Made by a program: the position numbers and the translations under genes. From the IMG/VR virus record IMGVR_UViG_3300048591_000337, positions 1-27,091 of that record: DNA of 27,091 nucleotides. One strand, 5' to 3'. Below are positions 23,323 through 27,091 of this stretch, piece after piece (within the stretch, counting starts at the first letter, position 1; the number at the start of each line of letters is the position of its first letter). Under the pieces are notes generated by a model. It ran no database searches and was not told the origin of the DNA. It saw only the letters and a list, made by a program, of their open reading frames with translations. The stretch is from a virus (Duplodnaviria > Caudoviricetes).

Positions 23323-24868
23323 TTTGTAACTCCTCAGAATTGGTGGCTGTCGCAGCCAAAGTATTGAGCCGCTGAATTACCCTGCCATAAAGCTCATCGA
23401 TTCGCGGCTGAATCGACTTTGGCCCTTGCTCTGGCTTGAGCGAATCAAGCCATCCAAGAAATTCACTTGGGATCTTGGCTTTTTGCTTTGCCTGAGCCGT
23501 GATTCTTTTTTCTATCCTGTCTAGATAAGCGTCTGCTACGTCGCTGTAATCGATTGCCTCTTCTCGATCGCTATCTTCTGGGCTTGCCTGTGGGGATTGC
23601 TGCGGCGGAGCTACCAAAGCCTGGTCGTCTTCGTAGACAATGTTTGATGGAATTCGATAGGATGCCGCGCGAGCCGATTTGCTTGGGCCAAAGTTCACCT
23701 TTCGTCTGCCTTCGTCTTTGGTGATTAACCCGTTGTTATAAAGCTCGACCGACCCAGAAGCCCTTTCGCTGAAGGAAACCCAGTCCAGCATTTCATCATC
23801 TACATCGATTGAGTGTGAGCCGGAATCAACCTGATCACTACTTAGTAGCTTTCGGTCATATTGGACCCTGAACTTATTGACCCACGGCAGTATATCGTCG
23901 TCTTTGTGCTCGTGGTTGGCTTGCTCAAGGGATGCAAAAGCCGAGTTGGCCCCGTCAATCAGCTTGTGGACTTTGATGCCAATCGCCATGGCAAGTAGCC
24001 GGATATCGAATTGCTTACCTTCCAGCATCTGAGATTTTTGCGGGTCGATCGTGACTGGGACAAACTTGGCCCCTTCTTCCAGCAAAATCAACTTGTGGGC
24101 CTTGCCAAGTCCTGACATTGCCTTTGACAAGCTTTGCATGTAGGTCTCTTCCGCTTCTTCATCAAGAGCCCCGTCCATCGTGATAAATCCGACTGGATTG
24201 GCTCCGTTGCTAAAGAAACGATTGGAAAATTCACCTTTGGCCATCGCGCCGCCAAAACACTCGGTCAGCAACTGAACCAAATCCCAACCCCACCATGGAC
24301 TGGGGCCAAGCCCTTTGATGTGCAAAACGTCTTGGTAATCGAAATACTTCGTCTGGCCTCCGATTTTCGTTTCGACCATCAGCATTCCGTCTTGATCATC
24401 AGCGGCCCCGATCTTTTGAGCCATCTCTTGATTCATTCGAATCAATCTTGTCCTGTCAGGCAAAAGCGGATAAAGCTCGATATGCCCGCTCTCAGACTCT
24501 CGATCAATCCACGCACAGCCATTTCCAAACAGTAACGCCCATTGAGTGAGCTGCTGTCGAAGAGAGGGCGCGTCAATTTCTTTGTTGGCCATTAAGTTGA
24601 CGCATCGCCACGCTGGGTGGTCTCGATCAAACAGCCTGCCATCCTCTTCTTCCCGAAAGACATACCATGGCATTCCAAACATCTTATCGGTAATGATTTG
24701 CACAGCCCGCTTGATTGCTGGTAAGGCCATAACTTTTTCGTGAGTGACGCTCACCCCAGCCGTATTTTGGTTGCCCAGCCCAAGCATGCGAACCACGGCA
24801 GGATCTCTTGGGTGAGATCCACTAAGCGAAATCGCGGAAAACATGGATGCCACTGTTTCAAGAATCAT
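23312..24868 (-). CDS. Portal protein, HK97 family
   Basis: LLFGNG, LYPLLPDR, VLHIKG, FFSNGANP and LLEEGAKF motifs. Confidence 0.95.
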   Translation of the reverse strand: MILETVASMFSAISLSGSHPRDPAVVRMLGLGNQNTAGVSVTHEKVMALPAIKRAVQIITDKMFGMPWYVFREEEDGRLFDRDHPAWRCVNLMANKEIDAPSLRQQLTQWALLFGNGCAWIDRESESGHIELYPLLPDRTRLIRMNQEMAQKIGAADDQDGMLMVETKIGGQTKYFDYQDVLHIKGLGPSPWWGWDLVQLLTECFGGAMAKGEFSNRFFSNGANPVGFITMDGALDEEAEETYMQSLSKAMSGLGKAHKLILLEEGAKFVPVTIDPQKSQMLEGKQFDIRLLAMAIGIKVHKLIDGANSAFASLEQANHEHKDDDILPWVNKFRVQYDRKLLSSDQVDSGSHSIDVDDEMLDWVSFSERASGSVELYNNGLITKDEGRRKVNFGPSKSARAASYRIPSNIVYEDDQALVAPPQQSPQASPEDSDREEAIDYSDVADAYLDRIEKRITAQAKQKAKIPSEFLGWLDSLKPEQGPKSIQPRIDELYGRVIQRLNTLAATATNSEELQNAI

Positions 24869-25019
24869 TGGCCACCACCTTTGTCTGTTCGTAAATTGCA
24901 ATCGCAATCATCGGAACTCCCAGCGCCAACAGGCCGATCGGAGTCGCAACAAGAAAGCCCGCCACCACACAGCATGCGTAGCCAGTGATAAACACCAAAT
25001 TGAGGACTAGCGATTTCAT
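24858..25019 (-). CDS. Small two-TM membrane protein (53 aa), not in the ORF track
   Basis: MKSLVLNLVFITGYACCVVAGFLVATPIGLLALGVPMIAIAIYEQTKVVANDS. ATGA overlap with the terL stop; also overlaps the portal start. Confidence 0.7.
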   Translation of the reverse strand: MKSLVLNLVFITGYACCVVAGFLVATPIGLLALGVPMIAIAIYEQTKVVANDS

Positions 25020-26779
25020 GCTGTCAAAACTCCTCTGCGACGATAAACACTGGAACGCTTTGGCAGTTGCTTGGTTCCCCAGTACGCCATCACGCTTGCT
25101 ACCATTCCGTCTATTTTTCGGTAATCGTCGTTTTTGTAAGGCTTTTTAAGTATCCTAAACCCGCGAGCATTCATGTAAGTCGAAGTGTGGCCAGCTTGCC
25201 AATTAAGACAAGGATTGTTGCAATGAATCAGGCTTTGATCAATGACAGCCGCCTCGAAGTCGTCAATTGGCTTTTCCATCATCTGAGCGTTTTGCGGGTA
25301 CTCGATTTGATTGATCTTCGGGTACTTGTCTTCACACCATTCCGTAAAGTCCGCCGCAAATGTTCGGTCCTTTACCAAAACCTTGATATCCAGCGATTTG
25401 GTTAGCCTTTCAAATTCTTCTCGAATGAATCCCTCTTGGATCGTGTCGCCGGGAATCATTACCAGGTGCCCAGCCGCTACCCACTCTTTGAATGCGGCTT
25501 TATCAGCGTTGGCTTCAATGTAACTCTCCGTCATCCAGAGCCGCGCGAACAGCTGGATTCTGTCACCAACTGGAATGCAAATCCCCAGAGCCGACATGTC
25601 TTTTGTCTTGCTCAGGTCCATTCCAATAGATGCTGGTCGGCCACGATAATCTTCAATGCTGTACGCCGCACCGCAAGCCAACCATTGGTCCATGCGGAGC
25701 CATTGATTCGCGGTGTGCTGCCAGATGTTCAATCGGTACATCTTGAAGTCCGCTAGTCCGCTGATGGTTCGTTTAGATTCATTGTAATCAGCAAGGAATT
25801 CTTCTTCGTGGGCAGTATGTCCCCAAGCTGGATTGGCCATTTTTCCATACTTGACTGGATCTTCTGCCAGTTGCTGATCAGTTAAAGTCTGCGGTGCTTC
25901 GTAAATTGCCACAAACAACTGGTCATTGCGTTCCGCGCCACTGACAACTTGCCTTGCGTAATCTTGGCGCTCCTTCCCATAGCCATCAGGGTTGTTGCCA
26001 GCGGTGGATACTTCTATGTGGAATGGCTCGGCCCGAGAGATCCCAGCCCGCGAAATGATCTTAATGAAATCGCGGTCAACTACGTGAGTTTCGTCAATCA
26101 GGATATTACCATTGATTCCCTCCTTGCTTGTCTTTGTTCTTTCGTTGGCCGATGAAAGAGGTTTATATTTTGACCTGGTTGGAATGTGCTCAATAGACTT
26201 CTCGTTGCGATTGGTCTTACATTCACTAGAAAGCTCTGGCGATTGCTCCACCATGGCTATCGCATGAGCCATTGCAATGCCAGCCTGAGTTCCGTCCTTG
26301 GCACCACCAAAACACTTAGCGCCCATTTCTCCATCGCCACAAGTAAGATAAACTCCCCAGGCTGCAAGTGTTGGCGTTTTTTTCTGCTTCTTAGGTATGT
26401 AAATTGACGCTTGATTAAATCGCCTAATGACGCGACTCCATCTTTCAGAATTGCGAACCCAACCAAACATCCGCATCGTGCATTCGTACTGCCAATCAGG
26501 AAATCCACCATCATTCACCCATCGAGCGTAAACCGCAGCTCGTTCAATCGACTTTTCCTCACCTCCATCTTCCCATTCATCAAGTATCTGTCGATCAACC
26601 TCTGGGCACCCAGACCGCAACAACACATTTTGGCCAGCCCATTCACCTTCATAAAGCCTGCAATACTTTTCGATCCACCAAACAGTATAGGCTCCGCGCG
26701 AAGGATCGAACCAACAACCATTGGCAGTCGCCAATCTGTCTGATTCATTTCTGATCCATTGCTTGGTTGCGCTGTCCAT
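25016..26779 (-). CDS. terL: Terminase large subunit
   Basis: Walker B ILIDETH, STAG coupling motif, ANPAWG, GMDLS and KIDGMVA nuclease motifs. Confidence 0.95.
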   Translation of the reverse strand: MDSATKQWIRNESDRLATANGCWFDPSRGAYTVWWIEKYCRLYEGEWAGQNVLLRSGCPEVDRQILDEWEDGGEEKSIERAAVYARWVNDGGFPDWQYECTMRMFGWVRNSERWSRVIRRFNQASIYIPKKQKKTPTLAAWGVYLTCGDGEMGAKCFGGAKDGTQAGIAMAHAIAMVEQSPELSSECKTNRNEKSIEHIPTRSKYKPLSSANERTKTSKEGINGNILIDETHVVDRDFIKIISRAGISRAEPFHIEVSTAGNNPDGYGKERQDYARQVVSGAERNDQLFVAIYEAPQTLTDQQLAEDPVKYGKMANPAWGHTAHEEEFLADYNESKRTISGLADFKMYRLNIWQHTANQWLRMDQWLACGAAYSIEDYRGRPASIGMDLSKTKDMSALGICIPVGDRIQLFARLWMTESYIEANADKAAFKEWVAAGHLVMIPGDTIQEGFIREEFERLTKSLDIKVLVKDRTFAADFTEWCEDKYPKINQIEYPQNAQMMEKPIDDFEAAVIDQSLIHCNNPCLNWQAGHTSTYMNARGFRILKKPYKNDDYRKIDGMVASVMAYWGTKQLPKRSSVYRRRGVLTA

Positions 26780-27090
26780 TACCGCTTTCTACTTACAACA
26801 CCCTGCTGAATGGCTGGCCGCTTCCTTCGTGCATCAGGCACCAAGCCAAACAGCTTGAAGTATCGCAAGATTTCTGCTTGCGCCGCCCGCTTGTCTCTAA
26901 TTGCAGGGTGCTGAGTAAATCCACCCTGGGCCGAAACATGGTATCGCCCGTCCTTTTTTATCGCTTTGTCGCATGCATCAATTTCATCGAAGGCTTCGCA
27001 AAGCTTCAACCATCCGTCTAAATCCCTTGAGGTCAAAACGCCTTCAACCCATAAGGATTTACCCTTCAACCACATCTCTTTCCCGGACTT
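26779..27090 (-). CDS. terS: Terminase small subunit, P27-like; probably 5'-truncated by the window edge
   Basis: QHPAI...FGLVPDARR motif; frame is open to the window edge. Confidence 0.85.
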   Translation of the reverse strand, partial: KSGKEMWLKGKSLWVEGVLTSRDLDGWLKLCEAFDEIDACDKAIKKDGRYHVSAQGGFTQHPAIRDKRAAQAEILRYFKLFGLVPDARRKRPAIQQGVVSRKR

Positions 27091-27091
27091 T

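Noticed and set aside
1872-27091. Integron integrase or phage integrase
   Set aside because: No ORF shows tyrosine recombinase (R...HxxR...Y) or serine recombinase motifs.

Overview
The window is part of an HK97-type tailed phage (or prophage) genome, and every credible gene lies on the minus strand. Reading right to left: small and large terminase, a small membrane protein, portal, S49 protease, major capsid, decoration protein, head-tail joining genes, tail tube, a tail chaperone with a -1 frameshift site, a short tape measure protein and a minimal Cys-rich tail-tip region. An early/middle region follows, with small DNA-binding proteins, an HNH gene broken by an amber codon, a GHKL ATPase paired with a ParB-like gene, YqaJ/RecT recombination genes, a C5 cytosine methyltransferase and three tRNA-like RNAs with aberrant anticodon or variable arms. 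The most striking feature is at 1-1871: an array of at least five integron-type attC sites (103-230, 494-618, 1108-1197, 1439-1527, 1744-1871). They delimit gene cassettes with matched R'/R'' core sites, and one cassette is duplicated almost exactly. The cassette ORFs are all antisense to the normal cassette orientation, and most start inside their own attC hairpin. No integron integrase is visible in the window. A Planctomycetota host is inferred, not shown.
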